From a virus: a stretch of 64,000 bases of DNA. A program made the translations under genes and the position numbers. The first letter of the stretch is position 1. Each line of letters starts with the position of its first letter. The stretch is from the IMG/VR virus record IMGVR_UViG_3300029704_000004; one strand, written 5' to 3'. Shown one piece after another: positions 1 to 10,925 of the stretch. The notes beneath the pieces were generated by a model. It ran no database searches. It saw nothing but the letters and a program-made list of their open reading frames with translations, and had not been told where the DNA came from.

Positions 1-1
1 T

Positions 2-2827
2 CCTATTCATAATTTTCTTGATAGTAAATCTGCTCTTACTCGTTACAATACTGACGGTAATGGTAATCCTACTACAGAATTTGAACCTTTCTTAGTAAAC
101 GGTAATGATAAATCTAATAAAGGAGTTTACTTTACTCTTGATATAGATAAGAGTTATAAATTTACTAAATATCAAATAGGTTATATTGTTAAGCATAATG
201 ATGCTGTTGATGGTAGAATATTTAATACTTATTCTATTGATATAACTTCTTTAATGTTTAATACTAATACTTATATTGAAGAAGAAAGTGTTGATGAAAT
301 GCTTCGTGAACCAGTTCAACTTTATGATGTTAAGAATGTAATTAATTACAATAATAGAATTTATGTATCTAATTATAATGAAAACCTTAATGAAGATTTA
401 ACTGGTAATAATAAAAATGTTCATGTTGATATTGAAACTAAAAACATTTCTGATTATAGCAAATCAGTTGTTACTACTAAACAGTTGATTATTACAACTA
501 ATTTTGCTATTGGAAATTCTACTTCTGTAAATGATGTTTGGGCTGCTGATAAATATACTATTAGTAAAAACGAAGACTTAATAGAATATGTTATTAAACC
601 AGAATATATAACAGAGTTTATTAGAAAGTTCTTTACTTCTGCAATTAAAGTATTTGGTTATGGAAGTACTATTAGTATTGACCATGACAATATTGAGAAC
701 CTTCCTAATAATCCTAAGAATGAACCTTATATGACTAGAAGTAGATTCTCTTTATATATAGGTATTATTAGTGAAGGCACAAGTCAACAAGTTGCTATTT
801 ATGATTCTCATAGTCAGAAAGCTATTAATATAGATAGTATAGTTATTCGTAATGGTTATATTGTAATAACTATTAAAGGAAACAAATATCTAATGAATAA
901 GAGTACTGATTTTCAAGTTTTAATTGAACAGGATTTATTCTTTAGAAATGGTTCTACTATAACTCAACGTGCTTTTTATAATCAACCGTTACTTCATAAT
1001 CCTCCATATACTTATACTATGGGATATGGAATGAATAGTTCTGCTTATGAAGCTACTACTATTAGTTCTAATAATCATACTTCTCCATTTAATAATTTTA
1101 GAAGTTTAATTCCTGGTCAGATTTATAGTTTCTATATTCATTATATTAGAAAAGATGGTTCTGCTACTAATGGATTTATAGTTCAAAATGAAGTTGACGA
1201 AAAAAGTAATCAATCTATTTCAGACAAAGAAGCTGATACTGGAGCTAAGTTTGACGTAGTAGTAAATAATGTTGGTAATAAGCTTTTTAGAGTTCCTACT
1301 GTAGCTAACGATAATATACTTATATTTCCAAGATTTAAAGTTGATGTAATTCCTTCTAATTATATTGGATGGTTTGGTTCTTATGAGAAAGTTGAGGATA
1401 TGGCTTATCCTTGTACAATTATTAATGGAGAATTAAATGGACATAGATTTACTGTTACTAATACAAACTTTGAGTATAAAGAAGATTCTATTCAAGGAAA
1501 TAAATATTTCTTTATTAAATCTGATGAAATAGGAGATAATAATACTGAAAGTTTAACTAGTCATGTTAAACCTACTATTCATCCTAATATTTCTTTTGGA
1601 ATTGTTCCTAAAGGTAATGTTGGCGATAAAATTGTAGTTTATAATGATAATAAAGATGTTTATAATAAATCTGTTAAAACTCTTTATAGAGTAACAGATA
1701 ATAATTATGAAACTGGATATAGCAAAGATAATCATAAATATACTCCTAGTTTTTATAATCAAGATAAGATAGTTACTTATAATAAAGAAATCATTGCTAA
1801 TCCTACTGCTTCATTTGTTTTAAATACTAATTCTCAAAAGTTGAACGGATATACTATTAGTATGGATGATAGTTATAGCTATAATAAATATCCTACTAAT
1901 GCCTATTCTATTAAACAAGATTATAATGAAGGAGCAGTTTCTTTGACTAATGAAGAAGGTAAGTCTTTAGGAGTTTATTATAATAAAGTTCTTAGTCCTG
2001 ACAGACTTAGAGATTTTCTCGAATTAAAGGAATGTTATAAGTCTGCTCCATTAAAGAGTTATACTAATTACAGTAAAGACTATATTGATTCTTTTGATAA
2101 GACTATTCGTAGAAGTGATGTAATTTCTGATGAAAGTCTTGTTAATGGTTTTAAGAATTTCAATGTTGAACAATATAAAATCATAACTGAAAATAAAGGT
2201 AGTATTACTAATATTGTAGGTATTGGTCTTTATATGTTAGTTCATACTCAATATAGTTTATTTGTATTTGATAGAACTCCAAAACTTACACAAAAGAGTC
2301 AACTTGAAGTTCCAGATGTATTCGATATTGATTATCAAGAAGTTCTTCCAAGTAATGAAGGATTTGGTGGTCTTGCTAGAAAAGAAGAATCCATTCTTAG
2401 TAAACATGGATATATTTGGTTTGATTCTGTAAATAAAGTTATATTCAAGTTTGAAAATGGTAAAGCTGAAATTCTTTCAACTAATATAAATAACTTGATT
2501 AAATCTCTCGATATAGATTATGTTGTATTCGGAGAAGATTTGAAAACTAATAGATTGCTTATTTGTATTTGGTTAAATCAAACGATTGATGGAAATCTTC
2601 GTAATAACCAATACTATATAACTTTAAGTTATAACTTTAATCTTAATGATTATATAAGTCTTCATGATTATTCTTTTACTGCTAATTATAGAACTTATAA
2701 TAATAGTTATTTCTTTAACGAAAAAGTTGATAGAGCTAGACTATATGAGTTTGACGAATCTGAAACTGATTACAAAAATCTTGCTAGTGTTAATAACGTT
2801 TTATATCCAACAATATATACTAAATAG
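2..2827 (+). CDS. virion/tail-associated structural protein; 5' end lies upstream of the window
   Basis: The frame of ORF 254..2827 stays open back to base 2 with no stop, so the listed ATG is probably internal. First gene of a tightly packed + strand block. No diagnostic motif recognised. Confidence 0.6.
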   Translation, partial: PIHNFLDSKSALTRYNTDGNGNPTTEFEPFLVNGNDKSNKGVYFTLDIDKSYKFTKYQIGYIVKHNDAVDGRIFNTYSIDITSLMFNTNTYIEEESVDEMLREPVQLYDVKNVINYNNRIYVSNYNENLNEDLTGNNKNVHVDIETKNISDYSKSVVTTKQLIITTNFAIGNSTSVNDVWAADKYTISKNEDLIEYVIKPEYITEFIRKFFTSAIKVFGYGSTISIDHDNIENLPNNPKNEPYMTRSRFSLYIGIISEGTSQQVAIYDSHSQKAINIDSIVIRNGYIVITIKGNKYLMNKSTDFQVLIEQDLFFRNGSTITQRAFYNQPLLHNPPYTYTMGYGMNSSAYEATTISSNNHTSPFNNFRSLIPGQIYSFYIHYIRKDGSATNGFIVQNEVDEKSNQSISDKEADTGAKFDVVVNNVGNKLFRVPTVANDNILIFPRFKVDVIPSNYIGWFGSYEKVEDMAYPCTIINGELNGHRFTVTNTNFEYKEDSIQGNKYFFIKSDEIGDNNTESLTSHVKPTIHPNISFGIVPKGNVGDKIVVYNDNKDVYNKSVKTLYRVTDNNYETGYSKDNHKYTPSFYNQDKIVTYNKEIIANPTASFVLNTNSQKLNGYTISMDDSYSYNKYPTNAYSIKQDYNEGAVSLTNEEGKSLGVYYNKVLSPDRLRDFLELKECYKSAPLKSYTNYSKDYIDSFDKTIRRSDVISDESLVNGFKNFNVEQYKIITENKGSITNIVGIGLYMLVHTQYSLFVFDRTPKLTQKSQLEVPDVFDIDYQEVLPSNEGFGGLARKEESILSKHGYIWFDSVNKVIFKFENGKAEILSTNINNLIKSLDIDYVVFGEDLKTNRLLICIWLNQTIDGNLRNNQYYITLSYNFNLNDYISLHDYSFTANYRTYNNSYFFNEKVDRARLYEFDESETDYKNLASVNNVLYPTIYTK

Positions 2828-2829
2828 AT

Positions 2830-4722
2830 ATGGGCTTACAAAGATTAATTAATGTAGGGGTTTCTAATATATATTATGAAGAAAATGGAAATATCCGTTT
2901 AACTTATTATATAGATGGAGATGCTATGTCCGGAGCTGGACAAGTTAATATTAAAATAGAACTTGATAATGCTCAAGTTGCAAATAGTAATGTTGATGCA
3001 TCATTTCCAGGTAGAACTTCCCTAAATACAACTGTTGGTTTGAGTTCTAGAGTTCCTGGTTCTACACATAATATTAAAATTACTGGTACAAAAAATGGAG
3101 TTGTTAGAACTGCTAGTAAAAGTAATACTTTTCCAGTTCAATCAGATTTAGATAAAATAGATATTAATTTTACTCATAGAGAAACTATCCCAGAAAAGAT
3201 ATTAACTGATACTTTTTCTTTCATTAATATTGGTAATTTCGGTGGAGTAAGATTTGCTATTGATGAAGATGTAACTGATAGTAGTACTAAATACGAAACA
3301 AACTCTATACAGACTATACCAAATAATGATAATAAAAGCCACGTTATTAATTATAGGTATAAATGTGGAGATTTAGATGCTACTAAAAGTTATACTGTTG
3401 ACCATAGTACAAGTGAACCTGAACATAGAGTTCCTTATGTTTATCCAAATCCTGTATTAACTCAAGTAGATAACAACCATTACGAAATAAGTATTCATGA
3501 TTTTACTAACGATGGTTCTAGATACGGAGTTACTGATACTAGTAAAATTAAAGTTCGAGTAACTTATAACAATAAATATATAGATTTTGATTATGCCGAT
3601 TTTACAGGTAATAAATTAAATGTAGAATTAAATTATAGTACTAAAATTACTTGTTTTGTTTATAATACTGAATACAGTACTGATAAATCAGAAGATGTAA
3701 TTCTTAAATTTGTATATAAGATTCCTGAAGTTAAGATGTTAAAACCGATTATTAGTTGGAAATATATGAGAACTGGTAGACCAGGAGATAAAAGAAGAAA
3801 AGCAGGAATAATAATTACTGGTAATTTTGATGCTATTAAAAATTTGAATATTAAAGAATTTCCTAATATCGAATCTGATGGTACATTATATACAATTTAT
3901 ACTAAAGACGGAAGTATACCAAATATAGATAATACAATAGAAAAATTAACAGAAGAGAAAACAATATTAGATACTAATAATGCTATTTATTATTTTAGAA
4001 ATGTATTTGTTTATAATGATAAAAAACGAAATCCTACATATTCAGATTCTTTAAGATTTGTATATAATGTTAGCGGAGAAGGAAATCCATTTTATTTTGA
4101 TTACGAAAAACCAAGTTTGGAATCTCCCAGTAATATTTGTAGTTATCTTGATGTTATTTATAATAATGATTATAATAATTCTAAGTCTCTAGAATCAATT
4201 AATTATATTCTTAATTATTTTGATAATAGATATTCTTTAAATGCTAAAAATATTTATAACGTAGCTGAAGATGGTTTAAGACGTAGATATGCTGGTTACT
4301 ATCTTGATGTTTACACAGATGAAACTCAAGCTATAAATCTTAAACTTAGTGATGGTTCTAATGATACTGATGAAAACAATAGAGATACTTTCAATCATTA
4401 TAATGATTATAAGTTTGCTAAGTTTGACAAAGGTAGTTGGAACTTTAATTACTTTAGAAATGGTTTTAATAGAGGTAATACTGAATTATCTGAAACTGAA
4501 CTTGTAAGAGCTTGTAATTATATTTATTATAATCCAAGTACTAAGCAAAATGAAGTTCATGTTATTACTGAAGAAGATTTAAAGAAATCTCCATTATATA
4601 AATCCGATAATAGAAGTTTAATTTATGGAAAGTATATTGTTACTAGATTTATATTTAATAATGATGATGCTGCTCATAGATTTAAACTTGAAAATATAAC
4701 ATTTAATATTCAACCATATTAA
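2830..4722 (+). CDS. virion structural protein, function unknown
   Basis: 630-aa ORF starting 3 nt after the upstream stop and ending 2 nt before the next start. N/Y/D-rich composition like neighbouring structural genes. Confidence 0.6.
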   Translation: MGLQRLINVGVSNIYYEENGNIRLTYYIDGDAMSGAGQVNIKIELDNAQVANSNVDASFPGRTSLNTTVGLSSRVPGSTHNIKITGTKNGVVRTASKSNTFPVQSDLDKIDINFTHRETIPEKILTDTFSFINIGNFGGVRFAIDEDVTDSSTKYETNSIQTIPNNDNKSHVINYRYKCGDLDATKSYTVDHSTSEPEHRVPYVYPNPVLTQVDNNHYEISIHDFTNDGSRYGVTDTSKIKVRVTYNNKYIDFDYADFTGNKLNVELNYSTKITCFVYNTEYSTDKSEDVILKFVYKIPEVKMLKPIISWKYMRTGRPGDKRRKAGIIITGNFDAIKNLNIKEFPNIESDGTLYTIYTKDGSIPNIDNTIEKLTEEKTILDTNNAIYYFRNVFVYNDKKRNPTYSDSLRFVYNVSGEGNPFYFDYEKPSLESPSNICSYLDVIYNNDYNNSKSLESINYILNYFDNRYSLNAKNIYNVAEDGLRRRYAGYYLDVYTDETQAINLKLSDGSNDTDENNRDTFNHYNDYKFAKFDKGSWNFNYFRNGFNRGNTELSETELVRACNYIYYNPSTKQNEVHVITEEDLKKSPLYKSDNRSLIYGKYIVTRFIFNNDDAAHRFKLENITFNIQPY

Positions 4723-4724
4723 TT

Positions 4725-7700
4725 ATGACAAAGAAGTGTAATAGATTAAGAGGTGAACGACCTAAAGCATTTTGGGGTGCTTTAGTTGGTGGTGCTATGA
4801 ATTTAATTGGTAGTGCTATTAGTTCTAAATCTCAAGCTAGAGCTATCAGAAGACAAATTGAAGCTCAGAAAGAAGCTGCTCGAACTCAATTAGAGTTAGC
4901 TAATAATAGTAATCTTGCTAGTACGTTGAATAGTTATGTAACTGCTACAAGAAGTTATAATGATGAAGATGATTATAATTTAAAGTATCGTCTTGGTGGT
5001 AATAAACGTTTAGAAAGTAATAGAATTTATATTACTGATGGAGGCAATGCTACTAAGATTGGAAATGATACATACCTTTTACGGGGGGGTTCTCACGAGC
5101 AAACCAATGAGACTGGTCAAACAGGTATTGGTATCAATGTTGGTGGTAACGAAGTTGAAGCTGAGGGAGGTGAAGTTGCTCAGAAGAAGAATGGTGCTCT
5201 AAGAATCTTTAGTGCTCAACCTATTCTTGGTAATGGTATGAGTCCTGCTCAAGCTATTCTTAGAGGTTATAATAAAGATAAAGTATTTAATGCTCAACAA
5301 GCATTTAAGAGAAGAAATGGTCTTAAAGATGATGGAGGTAAAGCAAAATGGGGTATTGGATGGCTTGACAGTTTATTTGGAAACGATAATCCTAAAAAGA
5401 AAACTGTTCATTTTTATAAATCTCAAGCTACAGGTAAAGTATTTAAAACTAGACAAGAAGCTATAGCCGAAAATAATAAATATAAAACTAATTTAGGTTA
5501 TAGAAGAACTATCAATAGAGAACGAGAATTTGAAGCTGCTAAAAACAAAAGCGGTAATGAACGAATACCTTATATTAAAGAAAAAGAAATTAAATTAAGT
5601 AAGGCAGGTAAATTAACAGGAATAAAACTTACTACTAATCAATTAGATAGTATTGCTAAATATGCAAATAAAGTAGGACTTCCTATTAAAACTGCTTTAG
5701 GATTGGTTGGACAAGAAAGTGCTTTTGGAAACTATTTTGGTTATGCAAATAATGCTAAATTTCTAAATGAATATCATAAACAAGGAGAAATGAATAGAGA
5801 TATTTTTGGTATTCCTGCATATAATATAGTAAATTACGAAAGATTACTTCCTAATAAAATACCAACATTGGTAGATGATAATGCCATAAATGATAAATAC
5901 GCAAAAAGAGGTATAAATAAATTTGGATATTCTGCTGTAATCAATGGTGATGAATTAGATAAACTTAAAGTTCAACATGAAGCTTATCCAGGTCTTGCTA
6001 AAAAACGTGCAAAATTTTGGAAAGATATTAAAGTTCCAACTTTGGAATTGGCATTTAAAGCTTATAAAGACCATCCGAATTTATATAATGCTGGTAATCC
6101 TAATCAACAAAATTTAGTTAATAACAAAGCTAATGATGTTTGGGGAAGTCCAGAAATTCAAAAATGGTATAGAACATCTCCTTATGTAAAACATCGTCTT
6201 GGTGGTCGTTGTAAACTTAGAAATGACGGTTTAACTTCTAAAGATAGAGGTTCTTCTAAACGTCTTTATCCTTCGGTATCATCTAAAGATTTTGCAGGTG
6301 GTGGTAGAAGTTATCCTATTCCAACTAAAGCTGATGCTGTTGATGCTTTAAGACTTGCTGGTCTTCATGGAAGAAGTGATGTTAGAAGTAAAGTATATAG
6401 TAAATATCCTAGTCTTCGTCCTAAAGCTAGAATTGGTGGCAGTTGGAAAGCTCCAGTTTATAATACTAATAAATATAGAGTTTCCAATCGTATGAGAAGA
6501 CAAATAGCAACTTGGGAAGGTTCTGATTTTGCAGGTCAAAATAGAAGATTCAAAGGTGATGCTATTGGTGCTAAAGAAAGAGAACTTAGACGAATAATGG
6601 GAAGAACTTATAATTATCTTAATGATAATCAAAGAGATTCTCTTAATAGTATTTACTATAATAGTCGAGTTGATACTTTCAAAAATGCTTTTGGTAAATG
6701 GTTTAGAAATTTAAATAGTGCAGTAGATAGAGGTGATGAACGTGCGTTCAATAATAGTCTTGCTGGTATTAGACAAAGTATGACTGTTGGAGAAAATAGA
6801 AAAAGTATGAGTGGTTTAGCTAAACGTAGAGCTTGGGAAAGAAATTGGTTTGGCAATCCTATTCCAATGGATAGTAATGAAACTAAAGCTATTCTTAATC
6901 AACAAGCTGAAGCTAAAATGGTTCAACCTACAGATAATACTAGAGTTGTTATTCAGCCTGAGTATATTGAAATTCCTACTCCTGTCGGTCATGGTGTTGT
7001 TCCAGTAGATAATCCAGACCCTAATTTATTGCAAGGTAATATTAAAGATAATTTAATTAATATGGGAAATAAATTTAGATTAGGACAAAGATGTGGTGGA
7101 AGTACTAGAATGCGTAAAGCCTTAGGTGGTGAAAGCCGCCCCGTAAAAGGCATGAGACGTAAACTTGCTTGGGGTGATGTAACTTATCCTTATCGTAGAA
7201 ATAATAATTTTGATTATTGGGATATTATAGACCAAGAACAAAAAATTAATGATAAAGGTGGTATAAGTCCTTGGACAACATCTAATAAATACGATGTTAA
7301 AGTTCCTTATGTAATTACTAAGAGTACTCCTACTATTCCTTATACAAGTCAAGTTAGTACTCCAACTTCTGGAGTTTCTGAAAATAAGACTATTCCTACT
7401 TATACTGGTAATAAGTCGGGTATGATAATTCGTGATGCTGATTGGTATGGTCTTGGAGCTGATTTAGTTTCTAGTATTGGAGGAAGTATTCTTGGTTTGG
7501 GTGCTTATAAAAACTTAGATTTTGATTATAATCTTCCAAACTTTGTAGAGGAAAGTCCAGTTGCTCTTAATACTACTTATCATAATGAAGCTCAAAAGTC
7601 TAATGTTGAACGTAATCGTTTAAATAGTAGAAATAGTATTCTTAGAAATACTATGAGTGGTAGTACTGCTGTTGGTCGTATGCAAGGTGTTGATACTAAC

Positions 7701-8273
7701 GCTTTATATCAACTTAATCAACTTGCTGATGAAAAAACTAATAAAGAAACTGAACTTATGAATCAGAATCTTTTGAACGAACAACAAGTTAGAGCTAGAA
7801 ACGCTGCTGCTAGAAATCAGTATTATAATACTGTTGCTAGTATTAAGAATGCTGCTATTCAAGCTAAGAATGAAGCTGAACTTGCTAAGGGACAAATTCT
7901 TAGTGGAAGTCTTCAAGGTATTGGAAATAGTTTCCAAAACTTTATTAGTCAAGGTCGTCAAAATTATGATGATACTCAAGCTATGCTTATGGGAGTTGCA
8001 GCTTCTGATTATGCTACTCCATCTAGATTACTTGAACTTGGTGTTGATGTTGGTGATGATGCTGCTCTTGCAGGTATTTATCGTTCAGCTATGAATATTC
8101 CAAATCCAGGTGCTAGACCTAAGAGAGAAGACTATTCAGATAATACTGAATATAGTTATGCTCTTACTAGATGGGAGAATCAGAACAAAGCATACCAAAG
8201 AAGAAATAGTTATGCTGATTTAATTAAAGGTAGAATGAGTAAAAAGAATCTTATTAAATACGGTATTATTTAA
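4725..8273 (+). CDS. large virion (ejected/tail-associated) protein with a lytic transglycosylase (SLT) domain
   Basis: 1182-aa ORF. GLVGQESAFGN (catalytic Glu codon 5715..5717) followed by LYNAGNP resembles the SLT E-S ... AYNAG signature. Gly-rich hydrophobic segment and coiled-coil-like Q/N-rich C-terminus. Followed by a strong terminator. Confidence 0.6.
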   Translation: MTKKCNRLRGERPKAFWGALVGGAMNLIGSAISSKSQARAIRRQIEAQKEAARTQLELANNSNLASTLNSYVTATRSYNDEDDYNLKYRLGGNKRLESNRIYITDGGNATKIGNDTYLLRGGSHEQTNETGQTGIGINVGGNEVEAEGGEVAQKKNGALRIFSAQPILGNGMSPAQAILRGYNKDKVFNAQQAFKRRNGLKDDGGKAKWGIGWLDSLFGNDNPKKKTVHFYKSQATGKVFKTRQEAIAENNKYKTNLGYRRTINREREFEAAKNKSGNERIPYIKEKEIKLSKAGKLTGIKLTTNQLDSIAKYANKVGLPIKTALGLVGQESAFGNYFGYANNAKFLNEYHKQGEMNRDIFGIPAYNIVNYERLLPNKIPTLVDDNAINDKYAKRGINKFGYSAVINGDELDKLKVQHEAYPGLAKKRAKFWKDIKVPTLELAFKAYKDHPNLYNAGNPNQQNLVNNKANDVWGSPEIQKWYRTSPYVKHRLGGRCKLRNDGLTSKDRGSSKRLYPSVSSKDFAGGGRSYPIPTKADAVDALRLAGLHGRSDVRSKVYSKYPSLRPKARIGGSWKAPVYNTNKYRVSNRMRRQIATWEGSDFAGQNRRFKGDAIGAKERELRRIMGRTYNYLNDNQRDSLNSIYYNSRVDTFKNAFGKWFRNLNSAVDRGDERAFNNSLAGIRQSMTVGENRKSMSGLAKRRAWERNWFGNPIPMDSNETKAILNQQAEAKMVQPTDNTRVVIQPEYIEIPTPVGHGVVPVDNPDPNLLQGNIKDNLINMGNKFRLGQRCGGSTRMRKALGGESRPVKGMRRKLAWGDVTYPYRRNNNFDYWDIIDQEQKINDKGGISPWTTSNKYDVKVPYVITKSTPTIPYTSQVSTPTSGVSENKTIPTYTGNKSGMIIRDADWYGLGADLVSSIGGSILGLGAYKNLDFDYNLPNFVEESPVALNTTYHNEAQKSNVERNRLNSRNSILRNTMSGSTAVGRMQGVDTNALYQLNQLADEKTNKETELMNQNLLNEQQVRARNAAARNQYYNTVASIKNAAIQAKNEAELAKGQILSGSLQGIGNSFQNFISQGRQNYDDTQAMLMGVAASDYATPSRLLELGVDVGDDAALAGIYRSAMNIPNPGARPKREDYSDNTEYSYALTRWENQNKAYQRRNSYADLIKGRMSKKNLIKYGII
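5071..5093 (+). repeat. GC-rich dispersed word, forward copy 1
   Basis: CATACCTTTTACGGGGGGGTTCT; in-frame in CDS 4725..8273, read as TYLLRGGS. Confidence 0.85.
7134..7154 (-). repeat. GC-rich dispersed word, reverse copy 2
   Basis: AGCCGCCCCGTAAAAGGCATG; in CDS 4725..8273, read as ESRPVKGM. Confidence 0.85.
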
Positions 8274-8284
8274 AATAAATAAAT

Positions 8285-8319
8285 AGTTCTAGTGAAATTT
8301 TGTTCACTAGAACTTTTAT
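8285..8319 (+). terminator. intrinsic terminator after gene 4725..8273
   Basis: Perfect 12-bp stem AGTTCTAGTGAA / TTCACTAGAACT with 6-nt loop ATTTTG, followed by TTTTAT. Confidence 0.75.
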
Positions 8320-8329
8320 CGTATATTTG
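8299..8329 (+). promoter_or_regulatory. Bacteroidota-type promoter (-33 TTTG, -7 TATATTTG) for gene 8357..10924
   Basis: TTTG at 8299..8302 and TATATTTG at 8322..8329, 19 nt apart. Matches the TTTG / TAnnTTTG consensus. The ATG follows 28 nt downstream. Confidence 0.5.
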
Positions 8330-8356
8330 CATTAGTAATAATAAAAATAAATAGAT

Positions 8357-10924
8357 ATGCCAAACGTAATAAATTATGGAAATCCTGTTCCATTAAGAGC
8401 CCCTCATCGTAGAAATGTAGAAGCATTTACAAATGCTCTTAATAAAATTGATGAGAAAGCTAAAGAGAGTTTACAAACTCAGAACCAAATTAAAATGGCT
8501 TTAGCTAATTTAGATATTAATGCTGCTGAAGATAGTTGGAAAGCTGGTTATGTAAGAAATATTCAGAATCAACTTGATGATGCTGCTATGTATGGAGATT
8601 ATTCTCGTAGTCTTAATACTGCAAGAGAACTTGCTGGTCAAGTAGCTTCTGACCCTGCTGTTCTTGGAAGAGTTAGAGCACAAGCTGCATATAAAACTTT
8701 TATGGACAATCTTGATAAGAGACAAGATATTACTCAAGATGTTAAGAATTGGGCTAAAGATAACAATCCTTACCACTATCAAGACCAAGTAGATAAAGAA
8801 GGACATATTATTGGTGGTACAAATTGGGAACCAAATAGAACTCCAGTTAGTACTGTTGATTTAAGTAATCTTATGACTAAAGCAAAACAATGGGTTGCTG
8901 TTCATAAAGGTAGTGGAGTTAGTGATATTAAATATGTTGATGCTGATGGTAATCTTACTTCTGACCCAGGTAAAAATTTTTATGGTTTAGCTTATAAGAA
9001 ATCTGGTAGTTGGGAATATGTTAGTGAGAAAGATTTAAATGATGCTCTTAAATCTGCTATTGATACAACTCCTGGTGCTAGAGCAAGTCTTCAACAAGAT
9101 TACGAAGTTGCGCTTTGGAAATATAATAAAATGACTCCTGAAGAAAAGAAGAAGAATATTGATTCTGATATTACTGAAAATGGTCTTCTTCTTAATCCTG
9201 AAGAATATCTTGCAAAGAGAGTTAAACCTGGTATTCATGCTATGAGTTATTATAATAGCGGTTCGGATATAGAAGTTGGTAACGGACAAGCTGCATATAG
9301 ACAAGATGTTGCTGCACGTCAAGCTGCGGCTCAACAAGCTGCTGCATTAAATATGAATCTTGATGCTACAAACGAAGGTGCTGCTATTGATGTAGATGTT
9401 CCAGATATTATTGGTACAACTAAAGTAGGTCTTGATGAAACTCTTAATACTCTTAGAACTTTGTTTCCAAAACTTTCTAAAAGTAATGCTTTTCAAAGAG
9501 GAGTTAATCAAGGAAGATATAATGAACTTGCTAATCTTTGTCGTCATAGTATGACTAGTAACGACCCAGTTGTAAGACATCAAGCTAGACAAGCAATTAC
9601 AGCTTTAAGAACTTATGGTAATCAATATAATCATTATGTTTCAGGTCTTAGTAAACCTGAACAAGATGCTGTGGCTTTTGATGCTGCTAGACGTGCTGGT
9701 TCTAGATTACCTGCAAATAATGAGTTTACTAGAGAATATAATCAACAGATTAATCATTTATTTGATAATGGAAAAATTAGAGAACTTGGTTATAAATGTT
9801 ATGATGATGAACAATACAATGCTATTTCTCAAGCAATGGGTTGTCATTCTGAATCAGATTGGAGAAGAAAAGGTTTTAGAATTACTTCTGTAAATGGACA
9901 AAAGACTATTACTTTTGACAAGAACAATACTTGGCTTTCTAAACTTAGTGATAGTGTTGATTCTTCTATGGGATTTTGGAAAGGTATTGGCAGTAGTTTT
10001 AGTAATGCTTTTACTGGAGGTGGAGCTGGAATTATAGATATGTCTGATGGTTCACAAGTTCGTAATGCTAATTATACATTTAAAAATCTTGGAACAATAA
10101 ATGTTGCAGGTATTGATATTTTAAATCCAGCATCTAATAGTCCAGCACAAGCTGCTTCTTGGAGAGCTAATACGATAAACCAACGTAGAGGTTTTGGCAA
10201 AGTTCCAATTAACTCTAAGATGTATAGTTCTACTCTTGATAGAAATGCTTTATTTAATAAATATACAAGTGGACAAATCAATAAAGAAACTTACGATGTT
10301 GGTCTTGCTAAAATTACTCATGATGAAGATAATCTTACTAATCCAAGTTTATTGATGAATGCAGCTCTGTATGTTGACGGTAAACGTATTCCAGAAGATG
10401 AAAAAGCTCAATATATTGAAGCTATAACTCAAGCTAAACAAGAGAACGTTCTTAATGTAACTGTTGGTAGAAATCATGGTTTAGCTCAAACTGTTACTGA
10501 ATTTAATATTGGTAAAGCTGAGAATAGTACTCCACAAACTATTACAATGGTTGGAGCTAATGGTTCTACAGTTCTTCAAAGTTATGAAAGAAATACTTCT
10601 ACTTTAGCTAGAGATGAAGCTACTCAATTAAACATTAGCGGAACTTCTAAATCATTAGGTAATGGAGTTACTATTAGTAATGTTACAAATAATAATGCTC
10701 TTTATACTAATGCTTATGGTAGACGAACTGTTATTAGTAGAAGTCAAGCTGAGAATATTTTAAGGCGAGAACTTAATCGCCAACAAATAGCTGATGCTTT
10801 ATATATGGGAGAAGGTGATAGTGTTATAAAAAAGGCTATCGTTAAATCATTAACTGAGTCTGGAAAACCAATTAATGATATTACTGTAGCACAAGAATTT
10901 AAATATATTAAAGATAATTATTAA
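8357..10924 (+). CDS. virion protein, function unknown
   Basis: 855-aa ORF with its own promoter-like element. Its stop lies 1 nt before the next start. No motif recognised. Confidence 0.6.
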   Translation: MPNVINYGNPVPLRAPHRRNVEAFTNALNKIDEKAKESLQTQNQIKMALANLDINAAEDSWKAGYVRNIQNQLDDAAMYGDYSRSLNTARELAGQVASDPAVLGRVRAQAAYKTFMDNLDKRQDITQDVKNWAKDNNPYHYQDQVDKEGHIIGGTNWEPNRTPVSTVDLSNLMTKAKQWVAVHKGSGVSDIKYVDADGNLTSDPGKNFYGLAYKKSGSWEYVSEKDLNDALKSAIDTTPGARASLQQDYEVALWKYNKMTPEEKKKNIDSDITENGLLLNPEEYLAKRVKPGIHAMSYYNSGSDIEVGNGQAAYRQDVAARQAAAQQAAALNMNLDATNEGAAIDVDVPDIIGTTKVGLDETLNTLRTLFPKLSKSNAFQRGVNQGRYNELANLCRHSMTSNDPVVRHQARQAITALRTYGNQYNHYVSGLSKPEQDAVAFDAARRAGSRLPANNEFTREYNQQINHLFDNGKIRELGYKCYDDEQYNAISQAMGCHSESDWRRKGFRITSVNGQKTITFDKNNTWLSKLSDSVDSSMGFWKGIGSSFSNAFTGGGAGIIDMSDGSQVRNANYTFKNLGTINVAGIDILNPASNSPAQAASWRANTINQRRGFGKVPINSKMYSSTLDRNALFNKYTSGQINKETYDVGLAKITHDEDNLTNPSLLMNAALYVDGKRIPEDEKAQYIEAITQAKQENVLNVTVGRNHGLAQTVTEFNIGKAENSTPQTITMVGANGSTVLQSYERNTSTLARDEATQLNISGTSKSLGNGVTISNVTNNNALYTNAYGRRTVISRSQAENILRRELNRQQIADALYMGEGDSVIKKAIVKSLTESGKPINDITVAQEFKYIKDNY

Positions 10925-10925
10925 T